Source of the DNA: Candidatus Enterousia sp.
GTDB taxonomy: Bacteria; Pseudomonadota; Alphaproteobacteria; Rs-D84
Length of the DNA stretch: 64,000 nt
Reading direction: 5' to 3'
Assembly: GCA_045613925.1 (NCBI GenBank)
Contig: JAZLBV010000011.1
Location: 4,069 to 68,068 of the forward strand
The position numbers and the translations under genes are program-made. The notes under the pieces were generated by a model, which saw nothing but the letters and a program-made list of their open reading frames with translations, did no database searches and was not told where the DNA came from. Positions 9,338 to 19,379 of this stretch are shown piece by piece. How positions within the stretch are numbered: position 1 is the stretch's first letter; every line of letters starts with the position of its first letter.

Positions 9338-9401
9338 GCAGAGACAAATTATTCGTTTTTGTATTCAAAAAAAATACAAGAAGGAACAATCTCGTCCCTG
9401 C
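9338..9401 (-). promoter_or_regulatory. Long imperfect hairpin in the pnp 5' leader
   Basis: GCAGGGACGAGA/TTTGTCTCTGC, TTGTTC/GAATAA and TTGTATT/AATACAA helices; G-U pairs form only on the minus strand. Confidence 0.65.
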
Positions 9402-9483
9402 GATTTCGTGAATTGATTATAAAGTAATTTTCTGTTTTTGCAACAAAATTACCCGATATTTATTAAAAGTTTTTATTTTGGTT

Positions 9484-11103
9484 TTATCTGACTTTTTTTA
9501 ATTTTTTTTCTACAAAAGGAACAACAACCAAACCATCGTCAGATAAATCCAGCGCACGCATATACGCCTTTTGCGCAGCATCTTTGTTGCCTTTCTTCTT
9601 ATGCATATCACCAATATGCTCGTACAAAGATGATGTAGATACAGATATCTCACCCACCCTGTCCAGCAATTCAAGCGCTGCATCCACACCTTCGCGTTTT
9701 TCAACGATAACACCTAAGATATCCCACGCTTCCACGTCAGAAGTATTTCTTTTGACCAAAGTCATTGCATAATCATAAGCATCATCCAGATTGCGATTTT
9801 GCGCCGCCCAAATACGCGCCTGTAATAATAAAACATCTGATAATAACCGGTCATCTATGTTCTGCACAGCTTTTAAATCCCTTTGTGCTTTCTTAGGCTG
9901 GTTAAACATTAAATAAATATTCGCACGATGTTTCAAGAAAAACACACGGCCTTCATCTGTTAAATTCTTTTGATTTAATGCACGATTTACGACCTTTAAT
10001 GCAGAATGTTTATCGCCGTGTTGTATATCGTTTGCTATTATCACCCTAGCCGCCGGAATAAACAAAGGATTTTTATGCACTAATTTGCGCATCATTCCTA
10101 TATCGCCGTTCTTTTCAGCAATTTTCATCTGGCCAAATAAATACAATGGGCTTTTTTTATCTATTGCATTAAAACTCTTCTCGCAATCGCCAAAATTATA
10201 AAAATAATACTGTCCAAGATAATAATTTATTGCGTCCTGATTAGTGTCTGGCGACACGACATATGCAAATTTAAGCAACATCAAAGCCAAATCTGTAAAA
10301 ATCATTATCTGTGTATGTGAAACATTTTGAACAATACTGAACACCAGATTATTTTTGTATCCTGCGTAATTAGACCAATCTGGAATATCATCATAATCAA
10401 AAACATACATACCACCAGGTTTTGCCAGAAAATCATCACGCAGAATATCCATATCTTCGGTCATATTGTTTTCTTTGTAAAAAGACATTAAATACAGATA
10501 ATCATTTATATTCATAAAGTCAGGATGAACATCTGCAAATTCCTTAGCAGCTTGTTTAACATCATTGTTTAAAACTGCGATTTGACCACGAACAAATGCT
10601 TTCCAAGAACTATTCGTTTTTAAAGAATCAACATATTTTTTGGCATCTGCGATTTTACCCTGATGTACAGATGAAAATATACGTAATGGTGCCACAAACA
10701 TAGAATCGTCTTTGGCATGGCGCGAATAAAGCGTCTTCCAATCATCTTTACCAATAAGATATGCATCATAAATTAAACGTGATGCTAAATCTTTTGAATC
10801 TTTCAACGAATCGACATTATTGGGCATTTTCCCCATAAAAAAATCACTTAACCCACGCGATTGATTTACAACATCCAGATTAACATTAACGTTTTCTAAC
10901 ATCTTAGACGCAGAATCAAAATCATTAACATATAACGCATGCTGGGCAGCCAAAAAATCCCCAAACTCTGTGTTAATCACAGCCTTTTGATTCGTATATC
11001 TATCAACAAAAAAATTGTTTATCTTTTGCCCTATAACACAAGAACAAACGACAACAGCACCAATCAAAATAGTGCCTTTGTAAAAACTTTTTATATCTTT
11101 CAT
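9484..11103 (-). CDS. TPR-repeat exported/membrane-anchored protein
   Basis: N-terminal hydrophobic anchor, GDFLAAQHA motif, C-terminal TPR helices (LYEHIGD..W-like, AY.RAL). Confidence 0.7.
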   Translation of the reverse strand: MKDIKSFYKGTILIGAVVVCSCVIGQKINNFFVDRYTNQKAVINTEFGDFLAAQHALYVNDFDSASKMLENVNVNLDVVNQSRGLSDFFMGKMPNNVDSLKDSKDLASRLIYDAYLIGKDDWKTLYSRHAKDDSMFVAPLRIFSSVHQGKIADAKKYVDSLKTNSSWKAFVRGQIAVLNNDVKQAAKEFADVHPDFMNINDYLYLMSFYKENNMTEDMDILRDDFLAKPGGMYVFDYDDIPDWSNYAGYKNNLVFSIVQNVSHTQIMIFTDLALMLLKFAYVVSPDTNQDAINYYLGQYYFYNFGDCEKSFNAIDKKSPLYLFGQMKIAEKNGDIGMMRKLVHKNPLFIPAARVIIANDIQHGDKHSALKVVNRALNQKNLTDEGRVFFLKHRANIYLMFNQPKKAQRDLKAVQNIDDRLLSDVLLLQARIWAAQNRNLDDAYDYAMTLVKRNTSDVEAWDILGVIVEKREGVDAALELLDRVGEISVSTSSLYEHIGDMHKKKGNKDAAQKAYMRALDLSDDGLVVVPFVEKKLKKVR

Positions 11104-11129
11104 AACAAAATGATGTTAGAATAAAAGTT

Positions 11130-11690
11130 ATGGATAATAAAGAAAAATTTGTAAAATACGAAAAATTATTAAAACAATGGTCTGAAAAAATGAACCTTGT
11201 CGCACCAAGCACTTTGGTCGACATTCAGCACAGACATTTTGACGACAGCGCCCAATTGGCCGATTTTATCCCAAAAAACGCAAAAATTATCGATTTAGGA
11301 AGCGGTGCAGGTTTTCCGGGTGTAGTTCTGGCAATTTTGGGTTGGAACGTCATTTGTATCGAATCAATTTCAAAAAAGGCCGGCTTTTTATCAATTTTGA
11401 AGCAAGAATTAGATTTACCAAACCTGACTATTATTAACGATAGAATAGAAAATTTTTTTGCGAAAAGGCCGGTAAATGCCGGGGATTTTATATTGACCGC
11501 ACGGGCATTTGCACCGTTGATAAAGATTTTTGATTATACACACCGAACAAATTTCCGGCTTTTTTTGCTAAAAGGCCGGGAAATCAAAACCGAAATTGCG
11601 ACTGCAAAAAAGAAATATAAATTCGATTATGAATTACACCCATCAAAAACTGGCGACGGTTTTATTATTTGCGTAAAAAACTTAAAATAA
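11130..11690 (+). CDS. rsmG: 16S rRNA m7G527 methyltransferase RsmG (GidB)
   Basis: W..KMNLVA, RHF.DS.QL, IDLGSGAGFPG, TARAFAPL; precedes parAB. Confidence 0.92.
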   Translation: MDNKEKFVKYEKLLKQWSEKMNLVAPSTLVDIQHRHFDDSAQLADFIPKNAKIIDLGSGAGFPGVVLAILGWNVICIESISKKAGFLSILKQELDLPNLTIINDRIENFFAKRPVNAGDFILTARAFAPLIKIFDYTHRTNFRLFLLKGREIKTEIATAKKKYKFDYELHPSKTGDGFIICVKNLK

Positions 11691-11808
11691 AAACATTATT
11701 TCATATGAAACAAAATACAACTTTTTGTTTTTAGTGTATTTTTATTTTATATTGACTATTTTTCTTTTATTTTATATTCTTGGTTTTGAAAGATTAAGGA
11801 AACAAAAA

Positions 11809-12588
11809 ATGGCAAAAATAATATCTTTTGCAAATCAAAAAGGCGGTGTAGGAAAAACAACAACAGCCATAAACATTGCAGCATCGTTGGCTGCTATAAA
11901 AAAACGTGTCTTGTTGATAGACTTGGATTCACAGGGAAATGCTGGTACTGGATTGGGTTTTGTTCGCGCTTCACACAAACAAAGTATTTACGGTGTATTG
12001 ATGGGAAATGCCGGTATTATTGAAAATATTTTAACCACAGCAATACCAAACATGCATATTTTACCGGCATCTGCAAAATTAGCCGGCGCAGAATTAGATA
12101 TGCTTGATATGGAACAACGCGAATACCGCCTGCGCGATGCTTTAAAAACAGTAGATAACAACTATGATTATATATTGATTGATTGCCCACCTGCCCTGGG
12201 AATTTTAACAATAAATGCACTTAGTGCATCAGATTACGTTATTATACCATTACAGTGTGAATTTTTCGCCCTGGAAGGTGTTCAACAATTACTATCAACT
12301 ATTACGGCCATACAACAAAAATGGAATTCAAAACTTGAAATTTTGGGTATGGTATTGACCATGTATGATAAGAAACTAGGCCTTACACGCGCAGTAGAAG
12401 AAGACGTCCGAAATACGTTTGGCAACAAAGTTTTCAAGACGGTTATTCCACGAAATGTACGCATTTCAGAAGCCCCCAGCCATGGTAAACCCGCCCTATT
12501 CTATGATTTCAAATCATCGGGCGCCCAGGCATATTTACGTGTCGCAACTGAAGTTGTTAACGCATTGGAACAAAAGGATATAAAATGA
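11809..12588 (+). CDS. parA: Chromosome partitioning ATPase ParA/Soj
   Basis: ANQKGGVGKTTT deviant Walker A, DLDSQGNA, DCPPALG, RNVRISEAPSHG; AAGGA RBS before ATG 11809. Confidence 0.95.
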   Translation: MAKIISFANQKGGVGKTTTAINIAASLAAIKKRVLLIDLDSQGNAGTGLGFVRASHKQSIYGVLMGNAGIIENILTTAIPNMHILPASAKLAGAELDMLDMEQREYRLRDALKTVDNNYDYILIDCPPALGILTINALSASDYVIIPLQCEFFALEGVQQLLSTITAIQQKWNSKLEILGMVLTMYDKKLGLTRAVEEDVRNTFGNKVFKTVIPRNVRISEAPSHGKPALFYDFKSSGAQAYLRVATEVVNALEQKDIK

Positions 12589-13460
12589 CATCTAAATTTT
12601 TGGGAAAATCTCTTGCACAATTAAATCAAGAAATGGGGCAAATACCGGATATTTCTGTATTAACTGGGGGTGAACGCGTGGTTGTAAAACCTATTCCATT
12701 GGTACAAATTAGCCCAAACCCTGATCAACCACGAAAAACTTTTTCAGAAGCAGAATTGCGGGATTTATCAGAATCTATACGTGAAAAAGGCGTATTGGTT
12801 CCAATTATATTGCGAACCGTTCAAAACAAACCATATGTTTATGAAATTGTCGCGGGCGAACGTCGATATCGTGCAGCACAAATGGCCGGATTAAGCGAAA
12901 TTCCGGCATTGGTAAAGACTATGACAAATCAAAACGCAATGGAAATTGCATTAATTGAAAACGTACAACGTGAAAACCTGAACCCAATAGAAGAGGCCGA
13001 AGGTTATAAAAACCTGATGGAAAAGTGCGGATACACTATTGCAGATGTATCAAAATTAATTGGAAAATCTGAAAGCTATATTCGCAACCTTACACGCATA
13101 GTTTCATTGCCTGAATCTGTCAAAGAATTGGTAAAAAGCGGTGAATTGTCGGCATCACACGCACGTACAATCGCAGTATCAGATAATCCAGAACAGCTTG
13201 CACACGATATTATAAATAATAAACTATCTGTTGCAGATGCACAAAAATGTGTAAAAGATACCAATCGTTCAAAACGTTGCCGGTCTTTCGTTAAAACAAC
13301 ATTAAACAAAGAATATGTTGAAAAAATCGAATCAAAATTGCAAAAAACTTTAAAAACACCGGTAAAATTGCGTGAAAAACGGGGTGGGGCTGGCGAAATT
13401 ATTATTTCATTCGGCAGTCGTATCCAAATGGAAGATTTAATTGAAAAACTAACAAAATAG
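12585..13460 (+). CDS. parB: Chromosome partitioning protein ParB/Spo0J
   Basis: NPDQPRKTF, GERRYRAA CTP-binding motif, IENVQRENLNPIEEA, HTH. Confidence 0.95.
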   Translation: MTSKFLGKSLAQLNQEMGQIPDISVLTGGERVVVKPIPLVQISPNPDQPRKTFSEAELRDLSESIREKGVLVPIILRTVQNKPYVYEIVAGERRYRAAQMAGLSEIPALVKTMTNQNAMEIALIENVQRENLNPIEEAEGYKNLMEKCGYTIADVSKLIGKSESYIRNLTRIVSLPESVKELVKSGELSASHARTIAVSDNPEQLAHDIINNKLSVADAQKCVKDTNRSKRCRSFVKTTLNKEYVEKIESKLQKTLKTPVKLREKRGGAGEIIISFGSRIQMEDLIEKLTK

Positions 13461-13473
13461 GATGAAAATAAAA

Positions 13474-13507
13474 ATAAAAAAATACCGGCAAATGCCGGTA
13501 TTTTTTT
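13474..13507. terminator. Bidirectional terminator parB/pal
   Basis: AAAAAAATACCGGC-AAAT-GCCGGTATTTTTTT. Confidence 0.85.
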
Positions 13508-13519
13508 ATTTTTCAACAA

Positions 13520-13936
13520 TTATTTAACTGTTGTTGTTGCATTACGATTGTATTTCCAAACATCTTCGCCAGTACCTTTGACCAATGGACGTTCTTTACC
13601 ATAAGAAATAGTGGAAATACGACGTGCATCTATACCATCATTAACCATAACTTTCTTTGCAGCGTTTGCACGACGTGCACCCAAAGCCAAGTTGTATTCT
13701 GTGGAACCACGTTCGTCGCAATTACCAGCAATTTGGATTTTTGTATCTTCGTGGTTTTTCATATACAAAGATTGGCCCAACAAGTTATCGCGTGCTTCGT
13801 CTGAAATTTCAGCAGAGTTGAAAGCAAAGAAAACACGTTGATCGTTCAAATCAGTTGGTTCAACAATACTGGAACAGCCGCAACCAGCCAACAGTCCAGC
13901 AACACCAGCCAATAAAGCAAAATTTTTTATTTTCAT
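13520..13936 (-). CDS. pal: Peptidoglycan-associated lipoprotein Pal (OmpA-like)
   Basis: Lipobox LLAGC, GNCDERGSTEYNLALGARRA, ISYGKERP. Confidence 0.9.
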   Translation of the reverse strand: MKIKNFALLAGVAGLLAGCGCSSIVEPTDLNDQRVFFAFNSAEISDEARDNLLGQSLYMKNHEDTKIQIAGNCDERGSTEYNLALGARRANAAKKVMVNDGIDARRISTISYGKERPLVKGTGEDVWKYNRNATTTVK

Positions 13937-14011
13937 GAAAATACTCCCTTGAGTTTTTGTTGCTCAGCGTTTATTGTATACTAATGAATAAAAAAAATCA
14001 AGGACAAAACG

Positions 14012-14746
14012 ATGTGGTATGATGCTTTACAAGATTTACATATGGCAGGAGTTAGGTGGGAATTATCTGAAAACACAAAAAATGTAGTAAAAAACGCGCC
14101 ACGAAATACATCAGTCCAAAACACACCATCAAAACCGGTTATTGTTCCAGCATCTGCCCCCATTACATTAGAGATTGCAAAATCTATGGCAACACGCCCG
14201 AATGATATAGAATCTCTTGTTCGTATGATTTTGGAATTTAACCACCCACTGCGTATTGGTGCAACAAATGTTGTTATACCAAACATAGCAACATCTGCAA
14301 ATGGTTTGGTTATTATTACAGACATGCCCAGTACTGATGATGATTTATCTGGGAAAATTTTGTCTGGGGCCGCAGGTGAAATGATGGATAAAATGTTGTC
14401 CGCTATTGAAATGGGTCGCGATAGTGTTTCTATTGTGCCTTTGGTTTTTTGGCGCACCCCCGGGGGAAGAAGCCCTACACGCGAAGAATTAGATTTGATT
14501 CGTCCGTTTATTGATAAAATGTTAGAAATGTTAAACCCAAAAATCGTTATAACGCTTGGAACATTGGCTTCAACCGAAATAGGGCAGATAAATTTAACCT
14601 CTAATCACGGCGCCCAAATCCAAAGCGACAAAGGTTTCACTATTATCCCTATGTATCATCCGAATTATTTGATTTTAAAACCTAGTGCCAAGCGGGATGT
14701 TTGGACTGTATTGCAAAATGTGCAAAAGATGTTGAAAAACCCTTAA
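14012..14746 (+). CDS. Uracil-DNA glycosylase family 4-like
   Basis: GAAGEMMDKML, VFWRTPGGRSPT.EE...RPF, LGTLA, MYHPNYL. Confidence 0.8.
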   Translation: MWYDALQDLHMAGVRWELSENTKNVVKNAPRNTSVQNTPSKPVIVPASAPITLEIAKSMATRPNDIESLVRMILEFNHPLRIGATNVVIPNIATSANGLVIITDMPSTDDDLSGKILSGAAGEMMDKMLSAIEMGRDSVSIVPLVFWRTPGGRSPTREELDLIRPFIDKMLEMLNPKIVITLGTLASTEIGQINLTSNHGAQIQSDKGFTIIPMYHPNYLILKPSAKRDVWTVLQNVQKMLKNP

Positions 14747-14788
14747 AAATATTTAATAATCCATAGGTATTATTAAAGGAGCACAACG

Positions 14789-15334
14789 ATTAAACCAACA
14801 AATAATAACAAAGCCCGTGATATGGGCCCACGTGTGAACGATAAAATTTTTGCTAAAACTGTCCAGGTAATAAGCCAAGATGGACAAAATCTGGGTGTTA
14901 TGAATACGGCTGATGCAATTAATATGGCATATGACCAAGATATGGATTTGGTTGAAATAAATGCATCTGCAACGCCTGTGTTGGTAAAAATTATGGATTA
15001 TGGTAAATATAAATACGAACAAAAAAAACGTGCTAATGAAGCACGCAAAAAACAAAAAATTGTTGAATTAAAAGAAGTGTGGATAACACCTGTTATTGAA
15101 GAAAATGATTTAAACATCAAACTGAAAAAAGTGTTTGAATTTTTAGCACAGGGAAACAAAGTAAAAATCGCAGTTATGACACAGGGTGATAAACGTGTAT
15201 TGGCACGCAGTCGTGAAGCTGTTCCGCAATTATTTGCACGAATTATTGAATTAATTGGCGACAAAGGAACAATGGAATCCAAATCAAAACCTGAAGAAAG
15301 AACTAAATCGATTATTATTGCACCTGTGAAATAA
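14789..15334 (+). CDS. infC: Translation initiation factor IF-3 (probable ATT start)
   Basis: PRVNDKI, DLVEI, KIMDYGKYKYEQKK; AAAGGAG RBS 7 nt before an in-frame ATT at 14789. Confidence 0.92.
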   Translation: MKPTNNNKARDMGPRVNDKIFAKTVQVISQDGQNLGVMNTADAINMAYDQDMDLVEINASATPVLVKIMDYGKYKYEQKKRANEARKKQKIVELKEVWITPVIEENDLNIKLKKVFEFLAQGNKVKIAVMTQGDKRVLARSREAVPQLFARIIELIGDKGTMESKSKPEERTKSIIIAPVK

Positions 15335-15336
15335 AT

Positions 15337-15366
15337 AAAACGCCCAAAAACAGGGCGTTTTTTATT
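15337..15366 (+). terminator. Terminator after infC
   Basis: AAAACGCCC-AAAAACA-GGGCGTTTTTT. Confidence 0.7.
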
Positions 15367-15444
15367 AAAGAAATAATTGTTTATTTGTTGCAAACAAATC
15401 TTTTATGCGGTATCTTGCAATCGATGAACCAAAGGAAATATATT

Positions 15445-15648
15445 ATGGATTCCAACAAACTTTCTTTTGAAGAAGCATATAAACAATTAACTGAATTGGT
15501 TAAAAAAATGGAATCAGGCGAAATGTCGTTGGCTGATTATGTTGCGGCATACGAACAAGGTATTAAATTAAAGGCGTATTGTGAACAATTGCTGAAAGAG
15601 GCCGAATTAAAAATTGAAACGTTAAAGGTATCAAACGCAGGTGAATAA
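15445..15648 (+). CDS. xseB: Exodeoxyribonuclease VII small subunit
   Basis: LSFEEAY.QL.ELV.KME.GE.SL...V.AYEQG..L...C...L..AE.KI. Confidence 0.9.
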   Translation: MDSNKLSFEEAYKQLTELVKKMESGEMSLADYVAAYEQGIKLKAYCEQLLKEAELKIETLKVSNAGE

Positions 15649-18163
15649 TATGGTCAAACAAAATAAACTTTCACCTGTTATGCAACAATACGTTGATATG
15701 AAATCTGAAAATCCAGATGCATTGTTGATGTTTCGTCTGGGCGATTTTTATGAGGCTTTTTTTGAAGATGCAAAAACAGTTAGTGAAACGCTTAGTTTGG
15801 TTTTGACACATCGTGGCACAGATGGTTTTGGCGAAAATGTACCTATGTGCGGGATTCCTTGGCATGCTGCAGATAATTATTTTGGTCGCTTGGTTCGTGC
15901 AGGATTCAAGGTTGCACTGGTTGAACAAATGGAAACCCCACAGCAAGCCAAGCAACGTGGACATAAGTTTATAGAAAGAAAAGTTGTTCGTGTTTTAACC
16001 GCTGGGACCATAACTGATGAAAATTTATTGGCACCAAAAATTTCTAATTTTTTAATTTCACTGGTGCCTGTATCTGTATCAAAATTTGATATTGCGGGCT
16101 GCGATATTTCAACCGGGGAAATTTTTATTGGTCAAACAGATTCTGTGTTTGACGATATGATTCGCATAAATCCTGCAGAAATAATTTACCCAGAACAAAG
16201 CGCAGAAAATACCATTATAAAGAATTTGCGTGGCATTTATAAAACCACACCTGTGTATGAAAAATTGTATGTTCGTTCAGACATAAATTTAATTGTATCA
16301 CACGTGTTTGGCGGAAATGTTAAATCTGATAATACAGAAAATATTTCTGCAATAAAATTATTAGCAGGTTATTTATTTAACACACAACGCGGGGCAAATA
16401 TATCTTTTCGGACACCATATGATTTTAAATCTGGACGGCAATTATTAATAGATTCTGCAACCTGGAAAAGTTTGGAAATAGATTCGCCTATAAACGATGG
16501 TGGCGCGTGTTTATTAGATGTTTTGGATAAAACTATAACAGCATCAGGCGCGCGAAAAATGCGTTCTTATTTGCGCACATTACCCGGGGATAAAGATGTT
16601 ATTTTATCACGCCAAGACCATATTGGACATTTATTATTAAACCATCCTTTGATGACAGAAATATCCGGTATTTTGTCGCGCACCCCAGATGTAAATCGCG
16701 CAATTTCACGATTGATGTCTGGACGTGGAACGCCACGCGATTTAAAAAACGTTTCTGAATTTTTAATGGTACTGGATGCGATAAAGGGTATCGGAACAAA
16801 GCTTGATTCTGATTTATCTGATAAATTTGTAAACATAAATACACATAACAATATTGCCAACGAATTAATGTTGGCGTTAAACGATGAATTGCCAAGTTTT
16901 TTCAGGGACGGCAATATTATTAAGCCCGGTTTTAATGTCGCACTTGATAATATGCGCAACTTGTCCAACGGTGCAATGGGGACGATTGCTGAATTACAGG
17001 CAAAATATATATCCCAAACAAACATAAATACTCTAAAAATCAAATTTAACAACATTTTGGGGTATTTTATAGAGGTTCCATCCACACGTGCTGATATGCT
17101 GATGGCACCAGAATCTGGTTTCATACATCGTCAAACTATGGCGGGAAACATGCGTTTTACAACACCGCAATTGATTGATTTAGATAACGATATACGCAGT
17201 GCATCTGAAAAGGCTGCCGCCATAGAAGCTGAAATTGTAGACAACATAATTGAAAAAATTCGTGATATATCTAATGATTTGATGAATACCGCAGATTTAA
17301 TTGCAGATTTAGATGTTTGGTTGGCACTGGCAACGTGCGCAGATTTATATTCTTGGGTGCGCCCAGAAATAACAAATGATACAGAATTTGAGATAATTGG
17401 TGGTCGTCATCCGGTAATAGAATATGTTCTGCGCGGGCGGGGTGATAACTTTGTCAAAAACGATTGTAATTTAAATGATAAATCTGTCGCATTATTAACA
17501 GGACCAAATATGGCGGGTAAATCCACATATTTACGTCAGAATGCAATTTTGGTTATTCTGGCACATTTGGGTTCTTTTGTTCCGGCTACGCGTGCCACAA
17601 TTGGGATTTGCGATCAATTATTCAGTCGAGTAGGGGCATCAGATAATTTGGCGGCAGGACAATCTACGTTTATGGTTGAAATGGTCGAAACGGCGAACAT
17701 ATTAAATCGTGCAACAAAAAAATCTTTTATAATATTTGATGAAATAGGGCGCGGTACATCAACTTTTGATGGTATGGCGATAGCTCAGGCTATTTTGGAG
17801 CACGTCAATAATCTGGGGCCACGAACTTTGTTTGCCACGCATTATCATGAATTGACCGGGTTAATAGATGATGAAAATTTAACAAATGTGTCGTGTTTGA
17901 CTATTGATGTTCGTGAACATAATAATGACATAGTATTTTTACATAAAATTATACCAGGGGTGGCGAATCGCTCATACGGAATAGCGGTTGCTAAGATGGC
18001 AGGAATGCCAAATGCTATTGTTGACCGTGCTGAACAGATTTTGGGAACATTGGAATCTAATTCACCAAATTCAACTCAAAAGACAATAGTGGATGTTAAA
18101 CCATCTGTGAAACCTGTGGTTGAAGAAAAAAAGAATAATTCGCAATTGTCTTTGTTTGGTTAA
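15641..18163 (+). CDS. mutS: DNA mismatch repair protein MutS
   Basis: SPVMQQY, FRLGDFYEAF, TGPNMAGKSTY, DEIGRGTSTFDG, FATHYHEL. Confidence 0.97.
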   Translation: MNNMVKQNKLSPVMQQYVDMKSENPDALLMFRLGDFYEAFFEDAKTVSETLSLVLTHRGTDGFGENVPMCGIPWHAADNYFGRLVRAGFKVALVEQMETPQQAKQRGHKFIERKVVRVLTAGTITDENLLAPKISNFLISLVPVSVSKFDIAGCDISTGEIFIGQTDSVFDDMIRINPAEIIYPEQSAENTIIKNLRGIYKTTPVYEKLYVRSDINLIVSHVFGGNVKSDNTENISAIKLLAGYLFNTQRGANISFRTPYDFKSGRQLLIDSATWKSLEIDSPINDGGACLLDVLDKTITASGARKMRSYLRTLPGDKDVILSRQDHIGHLLLNHPLMTEISGILSRTPDVNRAISRLMSGRGTPRDLKNVSEFLMVLDAIKGIGTKLDSDLSDKFVNINTHNNIANELMLALNDELPSFFRDGNIIKPGFNVALDNMRNLSNGAMGTIAELQAKYISQTNINTLKIKFNNILGYFIEVPSTRADMLMAPESGFIHRQTMAGNMRFTTPQLIDLDNDIRSASEKAAAIEAEIVDNIIEKIRDISNDLMNTADLIADLDVWLALATCADLYSWVRPEITNDTEFEIIGGRHPVIEYVLRGRGDNFVKNDCNLNDKSVALLTGPNMAGKSTYLRQNAILVILAHLGSFVPATRATIGICDQLFSRVGASDNLAAGQSTFMVEMVETANILNRATKKSFIIFDEIGRGTSTFDGMAIAQAILEHVNNLGPRTLFATHYHELTGLIDDENLTNVSCLTIDVREHNNDIVFLHKIIPGVANRSYGIAVAKMAGMPNAIVDRAEQILGTLESNSPNSTQKTIVDVKPSVKPVVEEKKNNSQLSLFG

Positions 18164-18167
18164 AAAA

Positions 18168-19037
18168 ATGGATGGAATTATTGTCTTAGATAAAGATTCT
18201 GGGGTGTTCAGCAGAACCGCAGGCTTTCGCATTGCAAAAATGTTTGGTGAAAAAAAATTTGGTCATATCGGAACACTGGACCCGATGGCCAGTGGTGTTT
18301 TGCCCATTGCCATTGGAAACGCAACCAAGATGATTCCTTTCATCGAAGAAATTTGCCCAAACCAAAAAGAATATTTATTCGGTTTGCGGTTTGGAATTGA
18401 AACTGATTCTTTGGATATTACCGGCAAAATCATCAAAAAGACCGGGAAAATACCAACTGATGACGATATAAAATTAGCCGTTGAAAATATACGTAAAACA
18501 ACTGAACAGGTGCCACCGGCTTTTTCTGCGATTCACATAAACGGGAAAAGGGCATATGAATTGGCACGCCAGGGCGAAACAACAGATTTACCCGCACGTC
18601 CGATAAAAATATACGAATTAGAATATACCGGTAAAAATGACGAAGAATACAATTTTCGCGTTCTTTGTTCACGTGGAACGTATGTTCGCGCTATTGTTCG
18701 CGATATTGCAACATTTTGTGGCACAATTGCAACCACTACATACATACGGCGAACGCTTTCCAATGGATTTTTGATAAAAAATGCGGTAAAACTTGATTTT
18801 TTAGAAAATCTGGTTAATAATAACGGGGCCAAGGAAGAATATTTGATGGCACCAGATTGTGCACTGGGGGACATTCCGGTAATCAATTTGGGTAATGAAG
18901 ATGCCAAATTATATAAAAATGGCGGATTCATAAAAACTGATGAAACGAACGGTTTGCGACGTGTTTATTGCGGTAAAAAATTTATCGGCATAGGGCGCAT
19001 AGAAAACGGTTTAATTCATCCAAAAAGAACTATGTAA
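18168..19037 (+). CDS. truB: tRNA pseudouridine-55 synthase TruB
   Basis: GHIGTLDPMASG, QVPPAFSAIHINGKRAYELAR, CSRGTYVR. Confidence 0.93.
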   Translation: MDGIIVLDKDSGVFSRTAGFRIAKMFGEKKFGHIGTLDPMASGVLPIAIGNATKMIPFIEEICPNQKEYLFGLRFGIETDSLDITGKIIKKTGKIPTDDDIKLAVENIRKTTEQVPPAFSAIHINGKRAYELARQGETTDLPARPIKIYELEYTGKNDEEYNFRVLCSRGTYVRAIVRDIATFCGTIATTTYIRRTLSNGFLIKNAVKLDFLENLVNNNGAKEEYLMAPDCALGDIPVINLGNEDAKLYKNGGFIKTDETNGLRRVYCGKKFIGIGRIENGLIHPKRTM

Positions 19038-19058
19038 AAAAATATAAAGGATTAACAA

Positions 19059-19331
19059 ATGTCCATAACAAAAGAAAAAAAAGGCGAATTAATCGCTGCA
19101 TTTAAAACGACAGAAAATGATAATGGTGGTTCTGCGGCTTCTCAGGTTGCTGTGTTAACAGAACGTATTCGCAATTTAACGGCGCATATGAAAAAAAATC
19201 ACAAAGACGAACATTCAAAACGTGGTTTGTTGTTGATGGTTAATCGTCGTAAAAAATTGTTGGCGTACATCAAAAAACATGATGTCGCAGAATACGAAGA
19301 ACTTATCAAGAAATTGGGTATTCGTAAATAA
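19059..19331 (+). CDS. rpsO: 30S ribosomal protein S15
   Basis: [13 protein letters not shown]...N.KD.HS.RGLL.MV.RR.KLL.Y. Confidence 0.97.
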   Translation: MSITKEKKGELIAAFKTTENDNGGSAASQVAVLTERIRNLTAHMKKNHKDEHSKRGLLLMVNRRKKLLAYIKKHDVAEYEELIKKLGIRK

Positions 19332-19350
19332 CACCAATTTTATTAACACT

Positions 19351-19379
19351 AAACGGTATCGTTTGATGCCGTTTTTTTT
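19351..19379 (+). terminator. Terminator after rpsO
   Basis: AAACGGTATC-GTTT-GATGCCGTTTTTTTT. Confidence 0.75.

Noticed and set aside
11725-11808. Hydrophobic N-terminal extension of ParA
   Set aside because: AT-rich intergenic/promoter sequence; a strong RBS precedes ATG 11809
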